From an uncultured Nitrospiraceae bacterium (GTDB lineage: Bacteria > Nitrospirota > Nitrospiria > Nitrospirales > Nitrospiraceae): a stretch of DNA of 64,000 nucleotides. Every line of letters starts with the position of its first letter. Within the stretch, counting starts at the first letter, position 1. The translations under genes were made by a program, and so were the position numbers. The stretch covers positions 608,001 to 672,000 of the forward strand of contig CAVPLT010000007.1 in assembly GCA_963706325.1 (NCBI GenBank). Reading direction: 5' to 3'. The notes beneath the pieces are model-generated. The model did not search any database. It was not told the DNA's origin and saw nothing but the letters and a program-made list of their open reading frames with translations. Shown in pieces: positions 1 to 9,833 of the stretch.

Positions 1-273
1 GCCGAGATCTCCCTTGAAGACAAATGCGACGCCAAGGTCATTGTGACGCATGGCTTCCGCGTCGGTGTCAACCGGCTTGGTGATCTTGTCCGTAGTTGAG
101 ACTATTTGTTCCTCCTCTAAGGAAGTGGTGTCTGACGGCTCCGGCTGGGATGGCTGTTTTCCGGGAGCGGCTGACGACGAAGGGGCAAAGGAGGGCAGCA
201 GTCCCAGTGTTAGGAGAATGAACATATAAGTAATTGGGCGCGCCACGTTGTGGCCGCGGACACCATCTGGCAT
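1..273 (-). CDS. Exported TPR-repeat protein, 5' part only (runs off window start)
   Basis: My translation, not in the ORF track: ATG at 273 preceded by GGAAGGAG gives MPDGVRGHNVARPITYMFILLTLGLLPSFAPSSSAA...AMRHNDLGVAFVFKGDLG. Hydrophobic signal-like N-terminus plus the start of a TPR helix (HNDLGV). Confidence 0.7.
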   Translation of the reverse strand, partial: MPDGVRGHNVARPITYMFILLTLGLLPSFAPSSSAAPGKQPSQPEPSDTTSLEEEQIVSTTDKITKPVDTDAEAMRHNDLGVAFVFKGDLG

Positions 274-487
274 GGAGACTCCTTCCAAGAACATGCAATG
301 GGAATGTGGAACTCGGCGTCACCGCTGTCCAAGGCGCGGCTCGCATGGAACTGTAGATCGCCTGTTGTCAGATAGCCCTATCCGAAAAAAAATTCAAGCC
401 CTGTTGCCGCCGCGGCGAGTCCGGCCAGCAGGCCGATTGTTCCACAATTGACGCACAGCTGTGGGTAAAAGGATCGGCGGCCAGCGC

Positions 488-1262
488 TTATCGCGCCGCT
501 GACTTCTGCGAGGCGGGTAGGACACCTTCTGCGGCAGCGGACGATCCGCCTCCAAGAGATTTATAAAGACCTACCATGTCGGTGAGACGGGCTCGCTCGG
601 TTTGGGCGAGTTGCGTTTCCGCCGCGAGCATCGTGCGCTGGGCATCGAGCACGTCCAGATAGTTCACCAATCCTTTGCGGTATCGCACATCTGCGAGGCC
701 GACGGCCGCGGTGGCCGCAGCCACCTGCTCGCGTTGGCGCGCGAGTTGCTCACCACGCGCCTGAATCGACACGAGCAGATCCGCGACTTCGCGAAAAGCG
801 AGGAGAATGGTTTGTTGGTAACTTTCCAACATTTGCTGATACCGTGCTTGGGCCGCATCCAAACGGGCCACGTTCGTGCCGCCCAGGAAGATAGGCAAGG
901 TCACAGACGGGCCGATACCATAGTTTGCACTGTTTTCCGTGAACCAGTTCGCGAACTCGACGCTCTGTTATCCCCCCCCTGGCCCGTGATGGAGGGGGTA
1001 GGAAAAAAGTAGGGCGCGCTTGCCCGATCCTGGCATTGGCGGCCACGAGGGTGGATTCTGCCTAGAGAAATCAGGCCGACGCCCCAGCAGTTGCGAGGGG
1101 AGGCCCACGGGGATCTCCGGCTGAACGATCACGGTCCGCAACGATTTCGGTTGCAAGAGGACAGAGCCGGGAGAGGCCCCGGTCAGAACCTCCATGCGGT
1201 GCAGTTCCATAGCGCGCAAGCGAGTCAAATCCGGATTTTGTCCGGCACTTTCCGCCACGAGG
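488..1262 (-). pseudogene. Outer-membrane efflux factor (NodT/OprM family) remnant
   Basis: OMF-like pieces in different frames: PVGLPSQLLGRRPD; AANARIGQAR; VTLPIFLGG...YRKGLVNYLDVLDAQR...LYKSLGGG. The 5' half is missing. Confidence 0.8.
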
Positions 1263-2268
1263 AGAGTTGCCCGTCTTTTGCCGTCAAAAGCCCGAAGGCA
1301 GTGGCCAAGCCGACGCCTACCCCATAACCTGTGATCCCCACCGTAAATGCTTGTGAAAGAATCATGCGGGCCAGCCTGGCGGTGGAAGCCCCCATGGCTT
1401 TTAATGCGCCGAAGTGCCGGAGGTTCTCGACCGTAAACAAGTAGAACGTTTGTCCTGCGATGGCCATGCCGACGACGAAGCCCAGCAGGATCGTGGTGCC
1501 GAAGTTGATGCCGATTCCGGTGTTCTTGAGCACCCAGCCGATGGTTTTCCACCCGAACTCCTCGCCGGTGAAGGCGCCGAGCTTTGTCTGGTCGCGGATA
1601 CGCTGGATCACCGCGTCAACCGGTGCGTCATCTTTAGCCTTGGCGAGGACGTAAAAGAGGGTGCGCCGTTCCCGCGCCAGATAGCGCATGGCGCGATCCT
1701 ACGTTGTGTAAACCACCGGAATGTTCGTGAAGGTTTTTTTAGTTTTCGCGATAGCCACGACGCGGACCAGCTTGTCGTTAAGTTCGAGGACCGTGCCGAC
1801 TCTGATGACCTGCGGCCCTCCCATCCGCTCCACGGCCCACTGGTCCACGGCGACGGCATCAGGCTGGCGCAGGTCTTCGAACCGTCTTGCCAAAACTTCA
1901 GCCGGTCGGCCGATCAAGGTGGCGGCATCCAGGCCGGTCAATGTGATCTGGTGATATTCCCCATTCGCGAGCCGGGCGCGCAACAATCCTCTGTGGAGCG
2001 GCACAGCCCATTCTACCCCGGGGATGCTGCGGACTTGATGGGCGGTGGTATCGGCGATCGGGTTCACTTCGTCCACTTGCGAGATGCCCGAATCCGTGAC
2101 CCAGATGGGCACGTTGAGGTTACTGATGCTCGATTGGGACCAGATCATGAGGCCCCAGAAGATAGAGCCCTGCTGGACGATCAGCATGACGGCGAAGGTC
2201 AACCCGCAGAGCAGCATGAGATACTTCGCGCAATCTCCGAAGAGCATTCTGAGTGCGACGTAGTTCAT
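1225..2268 (-). pseudogene. ABC transporter permease (FtsX/DevC-like) with in-frame stop and 3' truncation
   Basis: ORFs 1699-2268 and 1225-1689 are in the same frame, separated by TAG (YTT*DRAMRY). FtsX-type motif ENLRHFGALKAMGA. Last TM helix is missing. Confidence 0.8.
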
Positions 2269-2431
2269 GTAGCGCTCTCTCGATTGGGAGGGATTATGAG
2301 GACGACTGGTTCAGGTCACGCTGACGATGTGGCGTTCTCCGTCGAACGAAAACAGTACCACGTCTCCGTTTGTGTTTACCAAGCCGGAGATCGAAGATTC
2401 TTGGAGGTGGAACGATAGCCCGAGCTTGGCC

Positions 2432-3880
2432 TTATACCTGGGAGCGTTCCTTCATGGCCTCCAGGCGGCGTTTATCGAGCGTGACGTGCAGGGATTTTTC
2501 CTGCGTGACTGTCACGGCTCCCGCCGCGTGACCTTTGGACTTCCGTACCCACTTTCGCCTGGTATAGATGACCTCGCCCTTTCCACTCTTTTTGAGATCG
2601 CTGTAAAGCAGGGCCAAGGCGGCCGCGTCTTTCAGCGTTTCCGGCGGCGCGTCGCTGCCCTTTTCCAATCGCACGACGACATGTGAGCCAGGAACGCCTT
2701 GGGCGTGCAGCCAGAGGTCCTCGCTTTTGGCGAGCCCGAACGTCAATTCATCGTTCTCGCGGGCGTTCCGTCCGACAAAAATATGGTGGCCGTCCGATGA
2801 GACGAAGCGCCGAAAGGGCGCGCGCCGTTCATCAGCGGCAGCCCGGCGGCGACTCGTGGAATGTGTGGAACGGGGCGCGCTCTGTGCGCCCATGGTTGGC
2901 GCTTGCCAGGTTCCCTGTTTGATGGTGTCCAACTCAACCTGGATTTGCTGCATGTCCGCTTCGATTGCCGCCAGCCGAGGCGCTATTTCCCGCTGGGCCG
3001 ACCCGACCTTTCGATACTTTGCAAAATACGCCTCCATGTTGGCCTGCGGGGCCTTTGTCGGATCCAGAGGAATGGTCAGTTCAGGGAGTGTCGCGTCGTA
3101 GTAGTCCACCACAGTGACGGTCGTGAGCCCTTTCTTCAATGAGCCGAGATTGGCTTTCAACAATTCGCCATAGCGCGCATAGGGTTCGTATTTGGTGGCT
3201 TGTTCAAGATCGTGGCTGAGTCCCGCCATGCGACGAAGGTGCTTCTTGAGGGTTTTGCGCAGAACCGATTCTCGCGCTCGAAGTTTTGTCTGGTGCGAGA
3301 GCTCGATTTCGCGCTCACGATACAGTATTTCCAGTTGGGCGGAGAGTGGGAAGGGCTCGGTCTCGAATGCGGCCTCGGGTGTAGATATGACCGGATCATG
3401 AGGCAGTTCTCGTGACGGAGTGTGCGAAGGGGCCTGATAGGGCTGACCGGTCCGTTCCTTGTTGTGCCGGAGCGTAGCAATCACGCGTTGTCCCCCGTCG
3501 AGGAAAAGCAGATCGGCATTTCGCCCGAACAATTCCGCGACCAGGGAAACCGGGCCGTCACGACTGGTGAGATCCACACGAACGATCCGGTCGTCTGCGA
3601 TTTGACGGATCCTCTCGATGCGCGCGCCTTGAACGCGCGCCCGCAGCAGTTGGCAAAAGGACGGCGGCGTCGGCGGGTTAGAAAGGGTCTGGCGAACGAG
3701 ATGCATCCGCGCGGTCTCGTCGTGAACCGAATAGAGCAGTCGACGGGTATGCCCGGGGACACGAATCTCCAGCAGCAGAACGTCGGGGAGCGGTTGCGTG
3801 ACTTTCTGAATCCAACCTTCAGTCAAAGCGGGCGCCAGTTCCTGAACAATGGAACCAATTTCTGTCGCAGTCAGGGCCAT
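2432..3880 (-). CDS. rqcH: NFACT/RqcH (FbpA-like) ribosome quality-control protein
   Basis: NFACT-N (FCQLLR...DRIV...ELFGRNADL), coiled coil, and NFACT-R (IFVGRNARENDELT, DLWLHAQGVPGSHVV). Confidence 0.85.
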   Translation of the reverse strand: MALTATEIGSIVQELAPALTEGWIQKVTQPLPDVLLLEIRVPGHTRRLLYSVHDETARMHLVRQTLSNPPTPPSFCQLLRARVQGARIERIRQIADDRIVRVDLTSRDGPVSLVAELFGRNADLLFLDGGQRVIATLRHNKERTGQPYQAPSHTPSRELPHDPVISTPEAAFETEPFPLSAQLEILYREREIELSHQTKLRARESVLRKTLKKHLRRMAGLSHDLEQATKYEPYARYGELLKANLGSLKKGLTTVTVVDYYDATLPELTIPLDPTKAPQANMEAYFAKYRKVGSAQREIAPRLAAIEADMQQIQVELDTIKQGTWQAPTMGAQSAPRSTHSTSRRRAAADERRAPFRRFVSSDGHHIFVGRNARENDELTFGLAKSEDLWLHAQGVPGSHVVVRLEKGSDAPPETLKDAAALALLYSDLKKSGKGEVIYTRRKWVRKSKGHAAGAVTVTQEKSLHVTLDKRRLEAMKERSQV

Positions 3881-4094
3881 TTCTGGAACCTCGCGTCATA
3901 GAGAAGGGACTGGAAGGGTATGCTGATCGGGCCCTGTTCCAAGCACGGACAACGTGTTAGCAGGATTATCCGATTCTACTCAATTCTGTCGCGTGAGACC
4001 AATGAGGTCACAGCCGGGTCAAATTGTCATGAGAGGAGGGGTTTTGGCTCCATCTCATGATGGCCAAGGCAAACGAACAAGGCAGGCGAATCGG

Positions 4095-4110
4095 TGGCAT
4101 CCACATTGCT
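4095..4110 (+). promoter_or_regulatory. Putative sigma54 (-24/-12) promoter
   Basis: TGGCATCCACATTGCT: GG-N10-GC, ~95 bp upstream of ORF 4205. Confidence 0.6.
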
Positions 4111-4204
4111 TCTATCCAGCCTGGGATGGTGGTGGCCTGGTTGACTCTGAACCATATGGGCTGACATCGACGCCCACATCCTCAGCGTCTGAAGGGAGGG
4201 ACTC

Positions 4205-4432
4205 ATGACCTGTACACGATGTGAAGGTTTGATGGTTTCGGATGATTTACTCGACCTTCAAGAAAGTTTTCACCCCATGCGGTTGGAAGGCCACCGTTGT
4301 CTCACTTGTGGCAATGTGGTTGATCCGCTGATCCAACGCCATCGGATGGTGCAAAATTCGCATCTCCGCCTTGTCGCCGCATCCTGCCCTGAGAAGCCGT
4401 TCCTCTTCGATCTTATCAAGTTGACGGCCTAA
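4205..4432 (+). CDS. Small CxxC...CxxC (zinc-ribbon-like) protein
   Basis: CTRC and CLTC motifs; GGGAGGG RBS. Confidence 0.75.
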   Translation: MTCTRCEGLMVSDDLLDLQESFHPMRLEGHRCLTCGNVVDPLIQRHRMVQNSHLRLVAASCPEKPFLFDLIKLTA

Positions 4433-4728
4433 GCTGAGGCCGCGAAGCCAGGGCAAACTTCGCGGAGCCCTCGTTGTCGGTCGGGCTCACCTTCGATTCC
4501 TTCCTTTCACCGATTCATTCCGTTTCCATTCTGTGACGCTCCCTACTGCCTACCTTTCTTTTCCTGGCCACCACAGAATGTCGAATAGTCTTCCCGCCTT
4601 GTGGGGGATCGTTCACTCTGTTCACCAACATTGTGCTCTCGTCACATTGATCGCGCACTGCCTTGTCAGTGATCGGACAGTCACGTACAGTGCGCGCGCA
4701 GTGGTTCCAATCGGAAAGGTATGAAACG

Positions 4729-6279
4729 ATGCCGTTGCTTGATGTTCGAGGTCTCGAAGAACTCATGTTGGAGTTTCGTGGCTCCATGCGCGGGTTACTG
4801 AGGGACTTGTGCCGTGATTTTGAGCGGAATTATGCCGAGCCTGCTCGTACCCTTCACTTACCGATCGAGTGGTTTCGAATGATCGAGCGCTCATTGGGGC
4901 AGGCCGAGTTCAGTCATTGGAAGGTCGTAGGCTGGATCGAGTCATTGAACGATCTGCTTTATTTCGTCGATATCTTGCACCAGGTACGGCAGGAGCGATC
5001 TCGGCGAGACATTGCCGAACAGCTCCGCGCGGAGTTCAAGGAGAAGTTTTATGAACATGGATATGCCGATGAGGTATTCCCGCACGGGACGCCCGAACCT
5101 AGCCGACTTCTCTCTCGCCTCACTGGACTTTGCCGACGACTGGCGCGGGAAGTGACTCAGGAATCCCTGTGTCTTGCTCCACGGCTGGCTTGCCGGTGGG
5201 TCGCCATGCAGCCAGGGAAGAAGGTTTGGCTGGTGCCGTGCGACATCAGCGCCGATGTTGAGCGAGTCGAACTGCCTGGAGTCTGCGTGATCGGCACGAC
5301 GGGCTTGGGTTATGAAGCGCCTAGGCTTGCGAGACAGGCGCTCACGCGCGCAGGAGGGCAGGCAAAGTTTGCGGTCAAGGCCTCTGGCATCGACCTGCTG
5401 GTCGGCGGGCAATCCTATGTCATGGTCGAATTCGGTGAGGTCGAACGGTGGCATTGGCGTCGTATCGATTCGTACCGCTTGAAGGATACCGGTGCGCGCG
5501 CGCTCTCCCTCGGGCCGACTCTGGTATACGGGAAAGAGAAGACTCCGGTGGCGGTACGACCGACGAGGTCAGAAGTGGCAAGCCGCATGCGGCGCGCGCT
5601 GGAAGTGATCGAATCGGCATGGCCGGAGGGTAACCAGCTGCTGAGGCTGTTGACCTCACGGATTGTTCCGCTCAGAGCGTCGGGCGTGGTGAGCTTCAGC
5701 TATCGACATCGTCCCGGTCTGTCCGCGATCAATTGTTTCGACCGTGACCGACTTGACCTGATCGACGATCTCATTCACGAGAACAGCCACCATCATCTGA
5801 ATCTGTTGTTGTGTAAAGCCGTGCTGTACAAAAACGATCACAATCAGGAGATCTTTTATTCCCCTTGGCGACGGACCTTGCGGCCGTTGAGGGGCATTCT
5901 GCACGCGACCTTTACGTTCACGATGGGAGCGATATTGTTTGAACGGCTGTCTACCTGGGCGGGCACGAAGGAGGGGAAGAGGAAATGGAAGGAAGCGGGG
6001 CTAACTGCACGCGACCTCACGCGCGCGCGATTCCGTTGTTTGGAAGAAATTGACTCGGTTCGCTACTCGCTTGAGGATCTCGCCCATGCCGGTGGCCAGT
6101 TGAAATGGCTCACTGCCAAGGGCAATCAATTAGTCGATCGATTGGCCGAGGCAATGGGCCATGTCGAGCAGAACATGAAAAAATATGACGCTGCAGTAAG
6201 TCGCTCGTCATTCGGTCCGGCTCTGCGTCGCCATCGCGCCGAACTGGTTCGGGCACGCGAGACTTGTGGTCTGACGTGA
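4729..6279 (+). CDS. HExxH-motif peptide-modification protein (alphaKG-HExxH-like)
   Basis: LIHENSHHHL followed by YSPWRRTLRPLRGILHA. ATG 4729 follows GGAAAGG (ORF is open from 4663). Confidence 0.75.
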   Translation: MPLLDVRGLEELMLEFRGSMRGLLRDLCRDFERNYAEPARTLHLPIEWFRMIERSLGQAEFSHWKVVGWIESLNDLLYFVDILHQVRQERSRRDIAEQLRAEFKEKFYEHGYADEVFPHGTPEPSRLLSRLTGLCRRLAREVTQESLCLAPRLACRWVAMQPGKKVWLVPCDISADVERVELPGVCVIGTTGLGYEAPRLARQALTRAGGQAKFAVKASGIDLLVGGQSYVMVEFGEVERWHWRRIDSYRLKDTGARALSLGPTLVYGKEKTPVAVRPTRSEVASRMRRALEVIESAWPEGNQLLRLLTSRIVPLRASGVVSFSYRHRPGLSAINCFDRDRLDLIDDLIHENSHHHLNLLLCKAVLYKNDHNQEIFYSPWRRTLRPLRGILHATFTFTMGAILFERLSTWAGTKEGKRKWKEAGLTARDLTRARFRCLEEIDSVRYSLEDLAHAGGQLKWLTAKGNQLVDRLAEAMGHVEQNMKKYDAAVSRSSFGPALRRHRAELVRARETCGLT

Positions 6280-6451
6280 ACGAGACTTTCATCCTCACAA
6301 GAGTGAACGGCGCAACCCGGTGGAGCTCGTGGGGTTGGCGTTGCCTTGGCTGTTGCCGAGGCGCCCCATCCTAATTCCCTTGAGCTATCGATTCCAGCCG
6401 GTCTTCCGCAGCCTTGACGCAGATTTGACCGTTTGAACGTGGCTTCTTTGC

Positions 6452-6572
6452 AGGCTGCTAAAAAGGTCATCCAACGAGGCCGCAGGCGAGGAGAAACCGA
6501 AGGCGTAGCCTCTGGCTACATTGAGGATTGATTCGAGCCGAGAACGAAGTTGTGGACCTTTTTCAGCAACCT
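6452..6572. repeat. ~120-bp MITE/REP-like element with imperfect terminal inverted repeats
   Basis: AGGCTGCT-AAAAAGGTC at the left end versus the reverse complement AGGTTGCTGAAAAAGGTC at the right end; internal palindrome GTAGCC-tct-GGCTAC; lies between convergent genes. Confidence 0.65.
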
Positions 6573-6574
6573 CA

Positions 6575-7693
6575 CTAGGGCTCGACGGTGACGTCGACGA
6601 ACGCCGGCGCTCCATCAGCGCCTTTCTTGTCCGTCACGCGCAGCTTGAAACGAAAGGTGCGCGTTTCTGACACGTAGGGCGCGGTGAAGGACGGCTCCGG
6701 CATATTGACGTCGAGCATGGCAACCTTACTCCCGCGCACCTGACTCCAAGCATAGAACAGGGCCTCTCCCTCCGGGTCGCGACTCTGCAACCCGCTCAAT
6801 CGTACCTTCGTCCCGGCTTTTACCGTCCTTGCGGTTCCGGCATTCGCAATCGGAGGTTCATTGGGCTCGGAGTTCACTTCGACTCGCACATCGAGCGTCG
6901 CCTGCTTGCCTCGATTGGTCACGGTCAGGGACGTTTTGCCGTTGCCGACGATTTGGAGTAAGCCGTCCGGTAGGATTTTGATGATGCGCTCGTCGCCGGA
7001 GCGATAGCTCGTGCCGGTGCTCGGCGACGACAGGGGACGATCGATACCGTCGGCAAATTCGCCGACCACCGGGAGTTCGAAAATTTTTCCCAGCGAATCA
7101 ACATGGCCGTAAGCAGAGGATTGCCCTGTCCGCCCCAGTTGCAGTGGTTTCTCGGTTTCAAAGTCGATGGAGATCAGATCGACTGCTGGCTGAACGGTGA
7201 CCAATACTTCGTCGAACACGGCTTTTCGGCCGAGACGACCTTGAGAAATATCAGCGATGGCCAAGAGACGCATCCGTCCGATCGCGTCCGAGGGTATGGG
7301 CAGGGCGCCGCCATAGGGCGGTTGGCGGTCGACCGTAGAGGTCAAGGCCGGCAGGGCGACCACGGGTGCGCCGGTAATGCTGTCTTTCTGCCAGTATTTC
7401 TCCGTGGACATGCTTCCCTGCGACGCCGGCCCCGTCCGCTCCGCGCCCTGCTCCACGAGCGCCTCGGTCTGCTCCGGATACCAGTAGTAGCGCACTTCGA
7501 CCAGACCGGCCTCCCTGCCTGCCTCGACTTCAACTGGGACCGATTGGCCTGAAACCAAAGTCGCCCCGTCGGCTGGTGAAACGATACGAAACGCATGCGC
7601 TGGATCAGAGGGCAGGCTCAGGAAAAAACATGCGGCAAAAAGATAGCGATACCATGAAAACCACGGAGTCAAATTGGTGGCCGTGTTAGGCAT
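6575..7693 (-). CDS. Secreted Ig-like/PKD-domain protein
   Basis: Signal peptide ending PAHA; C-terminal NEPPIANAG...LSGLQSRDPEG...YAWSQ...FKLRVTD. Confidence 0.75.
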   Translation of the reverse strand: MPNTATNLTPWFSWYRYLFAACFFLSLPSDPAHAFRIVSPADGATLVSGQSVPVEVEAGREAGLVEVRYYWYPEQTEALVEQGAERTGPASQGSMSTEKYWQKDSITGAPVVALPALTSTVDRQPPYGGALPIPSDAIGRMRLLAIADISQGRLGRKAVFDEVLVTVQPAVDLISIDFETEKPLQLGRTGQSSAYGHVDSLGKIFELPVVGEFADGIDRPLSSPSTGTSYRSGDERIIKILPDGLLQIVGNGKTSLTVTNRGKQATLDVRVEVNSEPNEPPIANAGTARTVKAGTKVRLSGLQSRDPEGEALFYAWSQVRGSKVAMLDVNMPEPSFTAPYVSETRTFRFKLRVTDKKGADGAPAFVDVTVEP

Positions 7694-7697
7694 GCCG

Positions 7698-9512
7698 TTA
7701 CCTCGTCAGATGGTAAGGGACGTCGGTCAGGATGACACGATCTTTGAAGAGCAGGGCGCCCTTCAACATGAGGGCGCGTTGATTGTGAAGGATGTTTTGC
7801 CACCAGCGAGCCGGGAGAATTTCAGGAATGACGACGGTGACCCAACATTCCTCATCCTTCTTCAACACCTGCTCGATATATTCGAGCAGAGATCTCAGGA
7901 CCGAGCGATAGGGGGAGGGCAAGACCGCGAGCGGGACACCGCAGCCCCACTGAGCCCATTGAATCTCCACCCGCGCGGTTTCTTCCGGGTCGACATCGAC
8001 CAGCACGGCGCGAATATCTCCGGAGCGACTCCGTGCATAGTCTACAGCGCGAATGACCGCCCGATTGACCCCCCCGATGGGCAGCACGACAATATTGCGT
8101 CGCGGCATCGGGGGACGATGGTCGCGTGAGAGCGCGACCTGCTCGGACACCGCTTTGTAGTGAGCGCGAATGGCTCGAAAGAGCATGATCAACAGCGGGA
8201 TCAGGACGATGACGATCCAGGCCCCGTGCGTAAATTTCGTGCTCGCGATAATCAGCGTGGCGATCCCGGTAGTGACGGCGCCGATACCGTTGACGAGCAG
8301 TTTCTTCTCCCAATGCGGTCCTTTCTTCACCAGCCAACGTTTCACCATGCCGGCCTGCGCAATGGTGAAGGAGAGGAACACCCCTACCGCATAGAGAGGA
8401 ATGAGTGCGTGGGTATCACCGTGGAAGAGGACGATCAGCAGGCAGGAAAAGACGCCGAGGATGATGACGCCGTTTGAGAAGACCAGTCGATCGCCCATCA
8501 TCGACATCTGGTGCGGCATATACCCGTCGCGCGCCAGAATTGAAGCCAGGCGCGGAAAGCCGTTAAAACTGCTGTTGGCCGCCAGAATCAAGATCACCAT
8601 GGTCGCGCCCTGGACGAGAAAGTAGAGAGGGCCGGTCCCAAACGTGGCGCGCGCAATTTGTGACACCACGGTCTCGTCCGCCTTGGGCACAATGCCGAAG
8701 TAGTAGGCCATGACGCTGATGCCGACGAACAGTGTGCCAAGAATCGTTGCCGTGGCGATCATAGTGAGCGCAGCATTTTTCGGCTCGGGTTTCTGGAACG
8801 CCGAGACGCCATTGGAGATCACTTCTACACCGGTGAGGGCGGTACAACCGGAGGAGAAGGCACGAAGGAGGAGAAACAAAGTCAGCGGTTCTGTCACGGC
8901 GACATCGGCCAACGGTGCGAGAGGTGTCGCATGGGCGACAAGAACCTGCGCGGCGCCCATGCCAAGGAGGGTGATCATGGTTCCGATAAAAATATACGTC
9001 GGCACGGCAAAAAATTGGCCTGATTCGCGGACCCCGCGTAAATTGACGAGCAGCACGAGGACGATGGCCGCGAGGCAGAGCATGACGCGATAGGCAAGTA
9101 AGGAAGGGACGGCGGACGTCAAGGCAGCGATTCCGGCCGCCACGCTGACTGTCACCGTGAGAAGATAATCAATCATGAGTGCAGCGGCGGCGACGAGTCC
9201 CGGCCACTCGCCGAGGTTGGACTTGCCGACAATATAGGCGCCGCCGCCCTCGGGGTACTCAAAGATAATTTGCCGATAGGACATGGTCAGGATCGCCAGC
9301 AGGCCGATGATGGAGAGGCTGATCGGGATTGAATACGCCACCATGGCGGTGCCCGCCAGGGTCAGGACGAGAAGAATTTCCTCCGTGGCATAGGCCACCG
9401 AAGAGAGTGAATCGGACGAAAAGACGGCTAGGGCGAGTCGCTTAGAGAGGCGTTCGTGAGCGGCTTCCTTCGTCTTGAGTGGCAGGCCGACGAGCCAGCG
9501 TTTCAAGATCAT
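7698..9512 (-). CDS. APC-superfamily transporter, KimA/YdaO-like (probable K+ uptake)
   Basis: LAVFSSDSLSSVAYATEE, GGGAY, ALTGVEVISNG, LIPLYAVGVF; C-terminal cytosolic domain ending LHNQRAL. Confidence 0.8.
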   Translation of the reverse strand: MILKRWLVGLPLKTKEAAHERLSKRLALAVFSSDSLSSVAYATEEILLVLTLAGTAMVAYSIPISLSIIGLLAILTMSYRQIIFEYPEGGGAYIVGKSNLGEWPGLVAAAALMIDYLLTVTVSVAAGIAALTSAVPSLLAYRVMLCLAAIVLVLLVNLRGVRESGQFFAVPTYIFIGTMITLLGMGAAQVLVAHATPLAPLADVAVTEPLTLFLLLRAFSSGCTALTGVEVISNGVSAFQKPEPKNAALTMIATATILGTLFVGISVMAYYFGIVPKADETVVSQIARATFGTGPLYFLVQGATMVILILAANSSFNGFPRLASILARDGYMPHQMSMMGDRLVFSNGVIILGVFSCLLIVLFHGDTHALIPLYAVGVFLSFTIAQAGMVKRWLVKKGPHWEKKLLVNGIGAVTTGIATLIIASTKFTHGAWIVIVLIPLLIMLFRAIRAHYKAVSEQVALSRDHRPPMPRRNIVVLPIGGVNRAVIRAVDYARSRSGDIRAVLVDVDPEETARVEIQWAQWGCGVPLAVLPSPYRSVLRSLLEYIEQVLKKDEECWVTVVIPEILPARWWQNILHNQRALMLKGALLFKDRVILTDVPYHLTR

Positions 9513-9643
9513 GCGTCATTATGCCTGAACTATCGGAAGAGAGACAATGGAGCAAGCAATGTCGTCGGCGTGCCCGAACATCGCAGGTGTGTACGTAGCG
9601 CGCAATTCACTCTCGGCAAGCAGTGAGCGAAGGGGTCAGGGGG

Positions 9644-9672
9644 TTGACAGAGAGGAGAGACTGCAGTAATGT
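9644..9672 (+). promoter_or_regulatory. sigma70-type promoter for the multicopper oxidase
   Basis: TTGACA-17bp-TAATGT; a leader hairpin follows at ~9705-9731. Confidence 0.65.
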
Positions 9673-9833
9673 TCAGCCCCTGTTTTCATACGGGTGCTCT
9701 GCGTCCGTCAACGACGCAGCTGTCGTGACGGAACAACTCAACTAGATGCCGAGGTAGTCTTATGGTTTTCTCCTAAACCGCTCATAACGCTTTCATCAAA
9801 ACCTTTCTCAACTCTATCCAAGGAGGCCGGTCC

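Noticed and set aside
1699..1701. Pyrrolysine or amber read-through in the ABC permease
   Set aside because: The gene is also truncated and its neighbour is frameshifted, so a nonsense mutation in a decaying locus is more likely.
9513..9833. c-di-AMP (ydaO) riboswitch upstream of the KimA-like gene
   Set aside because: No recognisable conserved ydaO elements by eye; the region holds the divergent MCO promoter.
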